Source of the DNA: Pseudomonadales bacterium
GTDB lineage: Bacteria > Pseudomonadota > Gammaproteobacteria > Pseudomonadales > IMCC2047
Direction: 5' to 3'
DNA length: 64,000 nt
Assembly (NCBI GenBank): GCA_041395865.1
Contig: JAWKZQ010000006.1
Span: 6,718 to 70,717 of the forward strand
The position numbers were made by a program, and so were the translations under genes. Of this stretch, positions 19,544-31,246 are shown piece after piece (position 1 is the first letter of the stretch; each line of letters begins with the position of its first letter). The notes under the pieces are model-generated. The model was not told where the DNA came from and made no database searches. It worked only from the letters and a program-made list of their open reading frames with translations.

Positions 19544-21613
19544 TTAGCTGACGCGTTCGCCTTCGCGCGCACCCTCGTGCGGCTCCAGCAACCAGATGTC
19601 TTTACCGCCGGGGCCTGCTGCAAGCACCATGCCTTCGGATACGCCGAAGCGCATTTTGCGGGGCTTCAGGTTGGCGACCATAACGGTCAGTTTGCCTTCC
19701 AGGTCTTCTGGCTGGTAAGCGGATTTGATGCCGGAGAACACATTGCGCAGGCGCTTATCGCCAAAGCCTTCGCCCAGGTCCAGGGTCAGTTGCAGCAGTT
19801 TATCGGCGCCTTCCACATGATCGGCTTTCACAATGCGAACAATACGCAGGTCCACCTTGGCAAAATCGTCGAATTCGATTTCATCGGCAATGGGTTCGAT
19901 CTTGGCGGCCGGCGCTTCAGCAGCTGCCTTTTTCGGTTGCTGTGCCTGTTGTTGCGCAGCGGCTTCGGTTGCAGTGACTTCGAGCATCTTTTCGATCTTT
20001 TCCGGTTCAATGCGCTGCATGAGCGGTGTGAACTTGTTAATTTCTTGGCCTGTCAGTGTCTGCAGACGATCATCCCAACTCAGGCTTTCGACATTCAGGA
20101 AGGCCTCGGCGTTTGCCACCAACGTCGGCAAAATGGGTTTCAGGTAAGTGCAAAGCACCCGGAACAGGTGAATACCCATGGAGCAGGCGTCCTGCACATC
20201 CTGGTCACGGCCTTCTTCTTTTGCCAGTACCCAGGGTTTTTGTTCGTCGATATACTGGTTCGCCTTATCGGCCTGCGCCATGATCTCGCGCACGGCTTTG
20301 CTGAATTCCAGGTTTTCATAGTGCTCGGCAATCTGGTCGCCGGCAGCAATCACCTCGTCCAGTAAAGCGGGGTTGCTGACGGTGTCGGACAACTTGCCGT
20401 CGAAACGCTTCTTGATGAAACCGGCGCAGCGGCTGGCAATATTAACCACCTTGCCCACCAGGTCCGAATTGACGCGCTGAACGAAGTCTTCCAGGTTCAG
20501 GTCAAGGTCTTCCGTGCCGTTGCCCAGCTTGGCAGCGAAGTAGTAACGCAGGTATTCCGGGTTCAGGTGATCCAGGTAGGTGCGCGCCTTGATGAAGGTG
20601 CCGCGTGACTTGGACATCTTTTTGCCGTTCACCGTCACGAAACCGTGGGCTTTCACGGCCGTCGGCGTGCGGAACCCGGCACAGGACAGCATGGCTGGCC
20701 AGAACAGGGCGTGGAAGTTGATGATGTCCTTGCCGATAAAATGATAGACCTCGGCATCGGAGTCCTTACCCCAGTAGTCGTCGAAACTCAGGTCGGTACG
20801 GCGTGCGCAGAGGTGCTTGAAACTGGCCATGTAGCCGATCGGCGCATCCAGCCAGACGTAGAAATACTTGCCCGGTGCATCGGGGATTTCAAATCCGAAG
20901 TAGGGCGCATCGCGACTGATGTCCCATTCCTGCAGGCCGGCTTCCAGCCATTCGCTGAGCTTGTTGGCCACCGCGTCCTGCAGTGAGCCGCTGCGGGTCC
21001 ACTCTTTCAGCATGTTCTCGAAATCGGGCAGCTTGAAGAAGTAGTGTACCGACTCCTTCTCAATCGGCGTAGCGCCGGAAATCGCCGATTTCGGGTTGAT
21101 CAATTCGTTAGGCGTGTAGGTGGCGCCACAGGCCTCGCAGTTATCGCCGTATTGGTCTTCAGTCTTGCAGCGCGGGCAGGTGCCCTTGATAAAACGGTCT
21201 GCCAGGAACAGGTTCTTTTCCGGGTCAAAGGCCTGGGTGATGCTGCGTTCGGCAATGTGGCCGGCATCGCGACAGGCTTTGTAGATAAACTCGCTCAGCG
21301 CCTTGTTTTCGGGAGAGTGCGTGGAGTAGTAGTTATCAAAACCGATGGCAAAGTCAGAAAAATCAGCTTCGTGTTCGGCCTGTACGCGTTTGATCTGCTC
21401 TTCCGGCGTAATGCCCAGTTTTTCCGCGCTGAGCATGATTGCCGTGCCATGCGCATCGTCGGCACAGACATAGGTGCAGGTTTCCCCACGCTGCTTCTGG
21501 AAACGTACCCAGATGTCCGTCTGGATGTATTCAAGCATGTGGCCAAGGTGAATGGGGCCGTTGGCATAGGGAAGGGCACTGGTGACCAGAATTTTTCGAG
21601 GTGTACGCGTCAT
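19544..21613 (-). CDS. metG: methionine--tRNA ligase
   Basis: HIGH region ([11 protein letters not shown]), KMSKS, zinc knuckle [18 protein letters not shown], and C-terminal tRNA-binding (Trbp111-like) domain. ATG at 21613 ([16 protein letters not shown]); the ORF is open to 21697. Confidence 0.95.
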   Translation of the reverse strand: MTRTPRKILVTSALPYANGPIHLGHMLEYIQTDIWVRFQKQRGETCTYVCADDAHGTAIMLSAEKLGITPEEQIKRVQAEHEADFSDFAIGFDNYYSTHSPENKALSEFIYKACRDAGHIAERSITQAFDPEKNLFLADRFIKGTCPRCKTEDQYGDNCEACGATYTPNELINPKSAISGATPIEKESVHYFFKLPDFENMLKEWTRSGSLQDAVANKLSEWLEAGLQEWDISRDAPYFGFEIPDAPGKYFYVWLDAPIGYMASFKHLCARRTDLSFDDYWGKDSDAEVYHFIGKDIINFHALFWPAMLSCAGFRTPTAVKAHGFVTVNGKKMSKSRGTFIKARTYLDHLNPEYLRYYFAAKLGNGTEDLDLNLEDFVQRVNSDLVGKVVNIASRCAGFIKKRFDGKLSDTVSNPALLDEVIAAGDQIAEHYENLEFSKAVREIMAQADKANQYIDEQKPWVLAKEEGRDQDVQDACSMGIHLFRVLCTYLKPILPTLVANAEAFLNVESLSWDDRLQTLTGQEINKFTPLMQRIEPEKIEKMLEVTATEAAAQQQAQQPKKAAAEAPAAKIEPIADEIEFDDFAKVDLRIVRIVKADHVEGADKLLQLTLDLGEGFGDKRLRNVFSGIKSAYQPEDLEGKLTVMVANLKPRKMRFGVSEGMVLAAGPGGKDIWLLEPHEGAREGERVS

Positions 21614-21901
21614 TTTTCCGCTGAAATTTTGAGTAATTGCAAGTGTAGACAAAGAGGGCGCAACTATACCCTTCATCGGGTTTTTTTGCATCCCCAATCA
21701 CCCGATGGGCGTGGATTTTGTGACAAATGGGTGACCGGAAAATTTCCCGCTGGATTTTTAGGGGCGGGAATCTTCTATAACCCTGTTTTTATTAGGGTTT
21801 TGGTGGCGAAAAATAGCTGGAAATTTATACCGGGTTCCCTTTTAATTGCGCGCTTTGTCCCCATTAACGGGATACGATCCAAATATAAGCGAGAAATTCC
21901 T

Positions 21902-22999
21902 ATGTCAGAACTCACTGCCGCGCAGGTTGAAGCTGCGCTTGCCGGTTACCAGGACAAGTATTTAAACAGCGATTATGTCTCCGCGGGCGCCGTCAATGCT
22001 ATCGATATCGACGCCAATGAGGTGCAGGTTATTATCGGTTTGGGTTACCCGGCGGCCGGTATTGCCGAAGAGGTGAAACGGGCGCTGGCGGAACGTATTT
22101 CGCCAATTGCCGGTGGTCGCCAGGTAAAAATCGACCTGCAATGGCAAATCGAGTCGGCTCAGCCGCAGGCTAACCTGGATGGTATCGCCGGTGTTAAAAA
22201 TGTAATTGCCGTGGCTTCCGGCAAGGGTGGTGTGGGCAAATCCACCACAGCGGTGAACCTGGCGCTGGCGCTTTCGGCGGAAGGTGCGCGCGTAGGTATT
22301 TTGGATGCAGATATTTACGGACCCAGCCAGGGGCTCATGCTCGGTATGAGCGAAGGCACGCGCCCTGTCTCTGAAGACGGCAAGAGCTGGTTGCCTATCG
22401 AAGCACATGGCCTGCAGGCTATGACCATGGCCTGTATGCTTGACGACAATGCGCCTATCGTATGGCGCGGCCCGATGGTGACAGGCGCGTTGCAGCAGCT
22501 GGTGAGTCTCACCAAGTGGAAACACCTGGACTACCTGATTATCGACCTGCCGCCAGGCACCGGCGATATTCACCTGACCCTGGCCCAGAAAGTGCCTGTA
22601 ACAGGCGCGGTGATTGTCACGACGCCGCAGGATATTGCCCTGCTGGATGCCATGAAAGGCGTGGAAATGTTCCGTAAGGTGGATATTCCCGTGCTGGGTG
22701 TAGTTGAGAACATGAGCGTGCACATCTGTAGCCAGTGCGGTCATGCCGAGCCCATCTTCGGGAGTGGCGGCGGAGAAGAGATTGCCGACGAATACGATAC
22801 CGAACTGCTGGGCCAATTGCCGCTGAAGCTCTCCATCCGCGAGCAGACCGATGCCGGTAACCCCACTGTGGTTGCCGAACCGGATGGCGAAGTGGCAGCG
22901 ATTTACCGTGATGTGGCGCGCCGCGTTGCGGCACGAGTCGCCCTGAAGGCAAAGGAAGGCGCCAATGTTTTCCCGGAAATTCAGGTGACTGACGACTAA
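21902..22999 (+). CDS. apbC: iron-sulfur cluster carrier protein ApbC/Mrp
   Basis: Deviant Walker A GKGGVGKST and CSQCGH (CxxC) motif. ATG at 21902. The upstream part of the 651-aa ORF is antisense to metG and is not coding. Confidence 0.9.
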   Translation: MSELTAAQVEAALAGYQDKYLNSDYVSAGAVNAIDIDANEVQVIIGLGYPAAGIAEEVKRALAERISPIAGGRQVKIDLQWQIESAQPQANLDGIAGVKNVIAVASGKGGVGKSTTAVNLALALSAEGARVGILDADIYGPSQGLMLGMSEGTRPVSEDGKSWLPIEAHGLQAMTMACMLDDNAPIVWRGPMVTGALQQLVSLTKWKHLDYLIIDLPPGTGDIHLTLAQKVPVTGAVIVTTPQDIALLDAMKGVEMFRKVDIPVLGVVENMSVHICSQCGHAEPIFGSGGGEEIADEYDTELLGQLPLKLSIREQTDAGNPTVVAEPDGEVAAIYRDVARRVAARVALKAKEGANVFPEIQVTDD

Positions 23000-23040
23000 G
23001 TCAGCATTATTGCGAATATTTTCTGCTTGAACAAAAAAAG

Positions 23041-23066
23041 CCCCGACCTGTGTCGGGGCTTTTTTA
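23041..23066. terminator. bidirectional rho-independent terminator between apbC and the PEP-CTERM gene
   Basis: GCCCCGAC-CTGT-GTCGGGGC flanked by an A-run upstream and a T-run downstream. Confidence 0.85.
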
Positions 23067-23086
23067 TTGGGTTAGACGTACAACGG

Positions 23087-23773
23087 CTAGGCTTTCATCT
23101 TGCGACGAGCAAGCCCCAGGCCCAGCAGGCCCAGGCCGATTAGGCCGACGGAGCCGGGCACGGGTACAGAGGCTGCATCACCATCAGCTTCAATCTCAGA
23201 GATTGAGAAGAAGGCGCTATAGGGTTCTTCTGTCGTAAAGCCAGAGAGTGTGATCGTGTCGGAAATCAGGCCTTCCAGCAATGAGCCGCTCAGGCTGAGG
23301 AATTCGTGGGAGTGGTCGCGGCCGTTGTTCGCGTTGGGGTTGGCCGGGCCAAAGCCAGTTGTCAGGAAAGAATCAGTGATGCCGTTAATGGTGATATCCA
23401 GGCCCGTGATGTTGCCGGGAATACCGTTTGAGGTAGGGCCGAAGCTGAACAGAGAAAGGCTATTGAATGAAGCGCTTTCGGCAAAGTTCAGCGTGATTGT
23501 GGACGCATCGCTGACGTAAAAAAGATGAGTGTTGCTGGTGCTGGTGCCGACGGAGCCGTCATTCAGGGTGCCGGAGCCGTCTGTGTAATCATTAAGGGCA
23601 CCGCCAACGTTTATGATTGAGCCGTCGTAGTTGTGTGACCAACCACCGGTACCGGACAGGCGGGTATCGGTAATATCGTAGGAGCTGATTTTAATCGCTG
23701 CTGCGTTGGCAATTCCTGACAGCAGGGTAGCGGAAAGAGCGAGGGCAGTTTTTAGTTTTTTTTCTGATTTCAT
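23087..23773 (-). CDS. secreted protein with C-terminal PEP-CTERM sorting signal
   Basis: N-terminal signal peptide (ALSATLLSGIANA-AA). C-terminus is VPVPGSVGLIGLGLLGLGLARRKMKA: a P-x-P motif, a TM helix and a basic tail. Confidence 0.75.
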   Translation of the reverse strand: MKSEKKLKTALALSATLLSGIANAAAIKISSYDITDTRLSGTGGWSHNYDGSIINVGGALNDYTDGSGTLNDGSVGTSTSNTHLFYVSDASTITLNFAESASFNSLSLFSFGPTSNGIPGNITGLDITINGITDSFLTTGFGPANPNANNGRDHSHEFLSLSGSLLEGLISDTITLSGFTTEEPYSAFFSISEIEADGDAASVPVPGSVGLIGLGLLGLGLARRKMKA

Positions 23774-24044
23774 TCTCGTGCCTTAATAATTTTAAGTAAT
23801 AAAAAAGTTAATGCTGTCGGCCTTAATGCAGGTTGTATGCCAGAAATGTTTTTCCCTTTTCTGGCAGCAGGATAGGTGTCGTGTGATTTTTTAAATGCCG
23901 ATTTGTAAAATATTTCGACATGGTAAATGGAGTTGTGAGCCTGTTGGATACGACAAGTAGAAGGGAGTCTCACAAGTGCTGGCTTAAAAGGCATGTTTAT
24001 GGCAGGATTCGGCCTTTTAAGTTTTTCTAATCGGGTAACAACCA

Positions 24045-24614
24045 ATGAGCATTAAATCGGATAAATGGATCCGCCGTATGGTCGATCAGCACGGCATGAT
24101 CGAGCCTTTCGAATCGGGTCAGGTACGCCATTCAGAGGACGGTAGCCGTCTGGTGTCCTACGGCACGTCCAGTTACGGCTATGACGTACGTTGCGCCAAT
24201 GAATTCAAGGTCTTTACCAATATCCACTCAGCCACGGTTGACCCGAAAAACTTCGACGAAGACAGTTTTGTCGATGTGAAGAGTGATGTGTGTATCATCC
24301 CGCCCAACTCCTTCGCGCTAGCGCGCACGGTTGAATACTTCCGCATTCCCCGTAATGTGCTGACGGTGTGTCTGGGTAAATCCACTTACGCGCGTTGTGG
24401 CATTATCGTTAACGTCACTCCGCTGGAGCCTGAATGGGAAGGGCACGTAACACTGGAATTCTCTAACACCACAACCCTGCCGGCGAAGATTTACGCCAAC
24501 GAAGGGGTAGCGCAGATGTTGTTCTTCGAGTCCGACGAAGTGTGCGAAACCAGCTACAAGGATCGCGGTGGCAAGTACCAGGGGCAGCGTGGAGTAACGT
24601 TGCCCAAAACCTAA
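24045..24614 (+). CDS. dcd: dCTP deaminase
   Basis: 189 aa. [13 protein letters not shown]-terminus, SSYGYDVR, and the [31 protein letters not shown] motif block. Confidence 0.95.
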   Translation: MSIKSDKWIRRMVDQHGMIEPFESGQVRHSEDGSRLVSYGTSSYGYDVRCANEFKVFTNIHSATVDPKNFDEDSFVDVKSDVCIIPPNSFALARTVEYFRIPRNVLTVCLGKSTYARCGIIVNVTPLEPEWEGHVTLEFSNTTTLPAKIYANEGVAQMLFFESDEVCETSYKDRGGKYQGQRGVTLPKT

Positions 24615-24641
24615 CTTGTTGGGTTACTTAGAATTAGGAAG

Positions 24642-24674
24642 GCGCCTCGGGGTTTTTCCGGTGGCGCTTTTTTT
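24642..24674 (+). terminator. rho-independent terminator after dcd
   Basis: GCGCC-T-CGG / CCG-GT-GGCGC interrupted stem followed by TTTTTTT. Confidence 0.7.
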
Positions 24675-24717
24675 GTGCTTATTTTTAGGGTAAGTGGATA
24701 TTTTCAATACTTTATTT

Positions 24718-24860
24718 CGCCCCTGATGGGCGAGTTAAGGCTTTTGGGCGGCCAAAAGCCTTAACAATCCAAAACCGCCCCCTGCTGGGTCGCTTCGCGA
24801 CTGCCCTGCGCGTTTCACTTTCAAATGGGGCTGCGGAACTCGGCTTTTTCCATTTGAAAG
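24718..24860. repeat. cluster of four GC-rich hairpin-forming inverted repeats in noncoding DNA
   Basis: CGCCC/GGGCG 24718-24732. Perfect 14-bp stem GTTAAGGCTTTTGG/CCAAAAGCCTTAAC 24734-24765. GTCGC-TTC-GCGAC 24789-24801. 11-bp stem CTTTCAAATGG/CCATTTGAAAG 24818-24860. Confidence 0.7.
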
Positions 24861-24984
24861 CTGCAATGCTCGGCTGCGCAGAAGGGGAAAGGGGTGCCAG
24901 AAGTCAGCAATGGTGGAGGATTCTTGGTTGGTTCTTTAATGCGAAAGTTGGATGATCAAAAAATATTCGATCTGCCCCTATTTA

Positions 24985-25326
24985 CTAAAAGTTTATAGTG
25001 AGAGTTTTAACCCAACATGGAGTGCTAGAACTGCTAAAAGTTAAATCAATAGTTTTTTGCCCCATAGCCGCGGTTAAAGCAATTGAGAGCATCTTTTGGC
25101 TGGCGTCAGATGTAACACTCTGCTGACCAACAGCAACCCAGTAGTATTTATCCGGTGAGATAGTACTTGGACAGGCGCTGTGGTCCGTATCTAAAATCAA
25201 TGCCCATTGCCCATTTTCGGCCTGTTTTATCGCTTTGATGGTCGATGTGTGGTCAACCGTACTCGCCTGTATATTCGTAGATAAAATCAATATAAAAAAT
25301 AAGGTAATTGCTTTAATGAGTCTCAC
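24985..25326 (-). CDS. small secreted hypothetical protein (paralog A)
   Basis: 113 aa with a GTG start 5 nt after AGGAGG. Signal peptide (LFFILILSTNIQA-S). Mature part ~92 aa with 2 Cys. AT-rich codon usage. Confidence 0.65.
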   Translation of the reverse strand: MRLIKAITLFFILILSTNIQASTVDHTSTIKAIKQAENGQWALILDTDHSACPSTISPDKYYWVAVGQQSVTSDASQKMLSIALTAAMGQKTIDLTFSSSSTPCWVKTLTINF

Positions 25327-25379
25327 TCTTTCCTCCTAAATACTAATGAAGTCAATTTAGTTGTAATGGAAATTTAATG

Positions 25380-25448
25380 GCCTAACGCTTAGGGTGCGGG
25401 GCAAGTGAAGCAAAGCAGAACGCAGTCCCGCCAGGCCCACGTATTAGC
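25380..25448. repeat. 69-nt GC-rich imperfect palindrome with an attC-like core at one end
   Basis: GCCTAAC at 25380-25386 (= GTTAGGC on the gene strand). Arms pair with several bulges. Sits between the two small secreted-protein genes. Confidence 0.5.
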
Positions 25449-25458
25449 TTTCTTGAGA

Positions 25459-25791
25459 CTAGTTTTTCGTAATTCTAATCATGGAAGTAACATCATATGA
25501 GAAGGCACAGCTTGAGCCATTAAGTCTGACCTTGATTTCATAATCTGCTGAGAATGCGGCTAGAGCACTACTATACATGGCTTTCCCTGCATTAGTATCT
25601 AAGGACCAGGTGATGAAATCGGACGCGGGACAATTATTTTGGCTAGTCCACCCACCGCAAGGTGAGAGGTAAGCTCTTCCATCATCACTGGCCTGCAATG
25701 AGCATACGGTTATAAGGTAGTCAGCAGAATGCCCAGTATTTGCTATAAACATTAGACTTGCCATAGCAAAAAACTTATTTAATATTTTCAT
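25459..25791 (-). CDS. small secreted hypothetical protein (paralog B)
   Basis: ATG at 25791 after GGGAGA. Signal peptide (MKILNKFFAMASLMFIANTGHS-A). Mature part ~88 aa with 4 Cys. Aligns with paralog A: xCP(A/S) ... W ... (S/A)xK(M/A)(L/M)xSxAL(T/A)A ... SSxC. Confidence 0.65.
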   Translation of the reverse strand: MKILNKFFAMASLMFIANTGHSADYLITVCSLQASDDGRAYLSPCGGWTSQNNCPASDFITWSLDTNAGKAMYSSALAAFSADYEIKVRLNGSSCAFSYDVTSMIRITKN

Positions 25792-26326
25792 GGTGTCTCC
25801 CAATCCTATTTAAAAATTCGGAAAATCAATAGAGCTAACAACGGGATAAGGACCCGTTTGTCCCATCATGGGTTATAGTCGGTTTCGGGCGAAAAGGCGG
25901 GAATCCATTTAAATTCACTGGGTTACGCTGCTCCTTAGCGGTTGATGTTCAATATCCTACGTGTCCGTTTTGCTGTTTTCAATATTCAGTTATTGCCCGA
26001 GTACCCAAAATCCTTACAAAAAGAACACTGTAAATTTCAATTAAATCAGGTGGTTGTATGGGGTTTTCTAATATCGCAGCAACATTTCCTTGGCAGCGTA
26101 TCAATGACCATCGAGCAGAGTGGGGTAACGCTGTGTCGTGCAATGTTTCTGCGGAAGGGCGGCATGATCTAAAAAAGCTATCAACGTGATCGAAAAAACG
26201 CGCTTTAGTTGTCGTCAGCAGGCTCGGATACTGCGAGTAAGGGAATGATCCGTTCGCTGTTGTGCATGAATTTGTTGTCGTGAGAACCGGCAGCATTGGA
26301 CGCAGCGGATGCGAGTGTTTCTTTGA

Positions 26327-28580
<2,254 letters not shown>

Positions 28581-28644
28581 TCCGGTCAGGAAGTCTATCG
28601 TGGACCCTCAGGTATTGCGGTAGATTTCCTTTCTGTTGATCGTC

Positions 28645-28677
28645 GAATCCGCGGGTTAACCTGCGGATTCGTTTTTT
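28645..28677 (+). terminator. rho-independent terminator after katG
   Basis: GAATCCGC / GCGGATTC stem with a 10-nt loop, followed by GTTTTTT. Confidence 0.75.
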
Positions 28678-28690
28678 ATGGTATGGCAAC

Positions 28691-29650
28691 TCACCACTGC
28701 CGGTTAAGCAGCGACTTGGCTTGGGAAACAGTTCGGTCAATGATGGTATCGACACTTTCTATGGCTGAAATGAGGCCGCTGGCTTCACCCACAAAAGTGT
28801 TGCTCTTTTCTGCATCGCCGGCTGCCCAGGCCTGTTCCCACTGTGGGGCTTCCGTTGCAGAGGCGTTGCGCAATCCGTCCAGGTCATGGTGCCAGCGGTT
28901 GGTGAAATCGTTTTTTAATACCCGCGCGGTGTAGCGCTCAGGCCAGGGCAGGTGGCGAACTACATCCATCACCTGCGTACGCAGAGTTTCGTCACCGGTG
29001 GCGTTCAGCGCGGCCTGGTGCATGCTTTGCGAGACGTTCGCTTCCCGGGAGGCCCATAGCCTGGAGCCCATCAAGACGCCATCGGCACCGAGCATCAAGG
29101 CTGCGGCGAGTCCGCGACCATCGGCAATACCGCCCGCTGCGCACAGCAGGGCATCGGGGTACTGTTTGGCAATCAGGTCGGCGACTTCAGGCACTAATGT
29201 GAGCGTCGCGCGCTTTTCCCCATGACCACCTGCTTCCGAGCCCTGGGCGACAATGATATCTGCGCCGCAATCCAGCGCGTTTTGTGCGTCTTTCAGGGTC
29301 TGGACCTGACAAATAAGCGGAATACCCTGGTCTTTGATTTTTTTGGCGTGAGGCTTTGGGTTGCCGAAAGATAGGAACAGGGCGGCGGGTTTGAGGGCTA
29401 ACGTGCTGTCGAGCACCTCCGGATTCAGGTCGGCACGCCAGGTGATCAGGCCGCAGCCAATCCGCCTGTTTCCGGTTTGCGCAAACTGTTCGCTAATCCA
29501 CTGCGGGTCGCCATAGCCGCCGCCGATCATACCCAGACCGCCTGCTTCCGTGACGGCAGATGCTAGTTGGCCGGTTGCAGCGAAGGCCATAGGAGCCGAG
29601 ATAATGGGGTGCGTGATGGCCAGTTTTTCGGTCAGGCGGGTCTTTATCAT
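28691..29650 (-). CDS. nitronate monooxygenase / NAD(P)H-dependent flavin oxidoreductase (NMO family)
   Basis: 319 aa. HPIISAPMAFAATGQLASAVTEAGGLGMIG N-terminus and GSEAGGHG motif. Confidence 0.8.
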   Translation of the reverse strand: MIKTRLTEKLAITHPIISAPMAFAATGQLASAVTEAGGLGMIGGGYGDPQWISEQFAQTGNRRIGCGLITWRADLNPEVLDSTLALKPAALFLSFGNPKPHAKKIKDQGIPLICQVQTLKDAQNALDCGADIIVAQGSEAGGHGEKRATLTLVPEVADLIAKQYPDALLCAAGGIADGRGLAAALMLGADGVLMGSRLWASREANVSQSMHQAALNATGDETLRTQVMDVVRHLPWPERYTARVLKNDFTNRWHHDLDGLRNASATEAPQWEQAWAAGDAEKSNTFVGEASGLISAIESVDTIIDRTVSQAKSLLNRQW

Positions 29651-29667
29651 GGGCCGCTTTCCTGTGC

Positions 29668-30426
29668 CTAGCTTCCCTTAATGGGCTGGCCGTTGAGGTC
29701 TCCTTCGACCATGACCACTTCGTAGTCTTTTCCGTCTTCCCGTTGCTGGATTTTGACCAACAGGTAATCCCATTCTTTTGCCAGCCACAGGATGGTCTCA
29801 CGATCGCTGTTTGGGCCACGATCGCGTTTCAGCTTGACGGTTTCCAGTTTTCCGACAGGGGTATCCAGTAGCTCCGACCCCAGCAGGATAAAGCCGTATT
29901 CTTTGAGCTTGCGTTTGTCGGCGACCGTGTAGACGCCGACATCCTTGCTATTGGCGAGGTCCTGGCGGATTTTTAGCTGGTAGGTCAGTTTGTCGAGCGT
30001 ATTGTCCGGAATAGCGAAACTGCCAGGCGCTTTGTCGGTTTGGTGGTGCACCTGTTGGGCTGGCCAGTCGAAATCCAGCGCTTCATTTTTGTTTTTGCCA
30101 ATGCTGTTTTGCTGATAACGGTAGGCCAGCGGTTTGGGTTGCTGAGCCTGCCAGTCAAACAGGCTGGTTTCCTGCAGGCTCAGTACGCCCGAATCAATCG
30201 TGTGCGAGAGTAGCCAGTGGCCGTTTTCCTGCTGTTTTAACTGGCGAACGGCTTTGCCCTGAAAGGGCAGGATGACATTGAAATTGGCATCGTAGACGGC
30301 TCGATAGGGCTTAATGAAATTTTGCCCGGTGCTGGCGAGCGTGGTTGCAGATCCACCGGCAAAGGCGCTGCTGACGAAGAGAAAACAGCCGGCGATGAGC
30401 AGGCGCTTGAATGAAAACAGTAGCAT
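29668..30426 (-). CDS. DUF3108-like secreted protein
   Basis: Signal peptide (LFVSSAFA-G). Position immediately downstream of purN matches the DUF3108 genes of pseudomonads, as I recall. Family call is from memory. Confidence 0.6.
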   Translation of the reverse strand: MLLFSFKRLLIAGCFLFVSSAFAGGSATTLASTGQNFIKPYRAVYDANFNVILPFQGKAVRQLKQQENGHWLLSHTIDSGVLSLQETSLFDWQAQQPKPLAYRYQQNSIGKNKNEALDFDWPAQQVHHQTDKAPGSFAIPDNTLDKLTYQLKIRQDLANSKDVGVYTVADKRKLKEYGFILLGSELLDTPVGKLETVKLKRDRGPNSDRETILWLAKEWDYLLVKIQQREDGKDYEVVMVEGDLNGQPIKGS

Positions 30427-30443
30427 GACAGCGGTTTAACCTG

Positions 30444-31103
30444 TTATGAGTCGGAGCTGATTTGATATCCCTGGACGGGTAATAGTTCCCCATCCAGGTA
30501 CGCCTGCGTACCCTGGCTGCGGACTTTTCCTTCGGCGATCCAGCGTACAGCCTGAGGATAGATCCGGTGTTCCATTTTAAGGACCCGGGCGGCCAGTTGG
30601 GCGGCTGTTTCACCGTCGATGACCTTTACCTTTGCCTGGATGATAACAGGACCTGCGTCCAGTTCGGGGATCACATAGTGCACGCTGGCGCCGTGCCAGG
30701 TTTCACCGGCATCGATCGCCCGCTGGTGGGTGTTGAGTCCGGGATAAGCCGGCAGCAGGGCGGGATGAATGTTGATCATGCGATCCAGGTAGTGGTTAAC
30801 AAAGTCATCGGTGAGGATGCGCATAAAACCGGCCAGCACGACCAGGTCGGGTTGCCAGCTATCGATTGCTTGAATCATTGCCTGGTCGAATTGTTCGCGG
30901 CCTTCGTAGTCCTGGTGGTTGATAACCTGGCTGGGGATGCCGGCATTCGCGGCATGCTGGAGGCCGCCGGCAGTCGCATCGTTGCTGATAACTCCGCAGA
31001 TTTCATAGGGTGCGTCTTCGCGTTGGCTATCGCGAATCAGTGCCAGCAGGTTGCTGCCGCCACCGGAAATCAGCACTACCAGTTTGAGTTTTTCTCGATT
31101 CAT
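30444..31103 (-). CDS. purN: phosphoribosylglycinamide formyltransferase
   Basis: LVVLISGGGSNL, LVVLAGFMRIL, NIHPALLP. ATG at 31103 (MNREKLKLVV). Confidence 0.9.
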   Translation of the reverse strand: MNREKLKLVVLISGGGSNLLALIRDSQREDAPYEICGVISNDATAGGLQHAANAGIPSQVINHQDYEGREQFDQAMIQAIDSWQPDLVVLAGFMRILTDDFVNHYLDRMINIHPALLPAYPGLNTHQRAIDAGETWHGASVHYVIPELDAGPVIIQAKVKVIDGETAAQLAARVLKMEHRIYPQAVRWIAEGKVRSQGTQAYLDGELLPVQGYQISSDS

Positions 31104-31246
31104 GAGCTTGTTTTCCGAAACCCTTTTAGGAATCATCTGATAGGAATTGGGTCGCTATAGTATCCGAATTAACGCCAAGATTCAGTCATTCCCGATGGGG
31201 CAACTGGTTATTTTGCGAGTTCGCCCCTACAATAACGGCGTTTAAA

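Noticed and set aside
21044-21901. N-terminal 286 codons of the 651-aa plus-strand ORF
   Set aside because: This part is antisense to metG and has junk composition. The ApbC/Mrp homology begins at the ATG at 21902, so only 21902-22999 is called.
24600-26300. Calling the islet a bona fide integron or cassette array
   Set aside because: No intI or attI is present. Only one end of one palindrome matches the attC core, and the second inter-cassette element is structurally different. It is reported only as attC-like.
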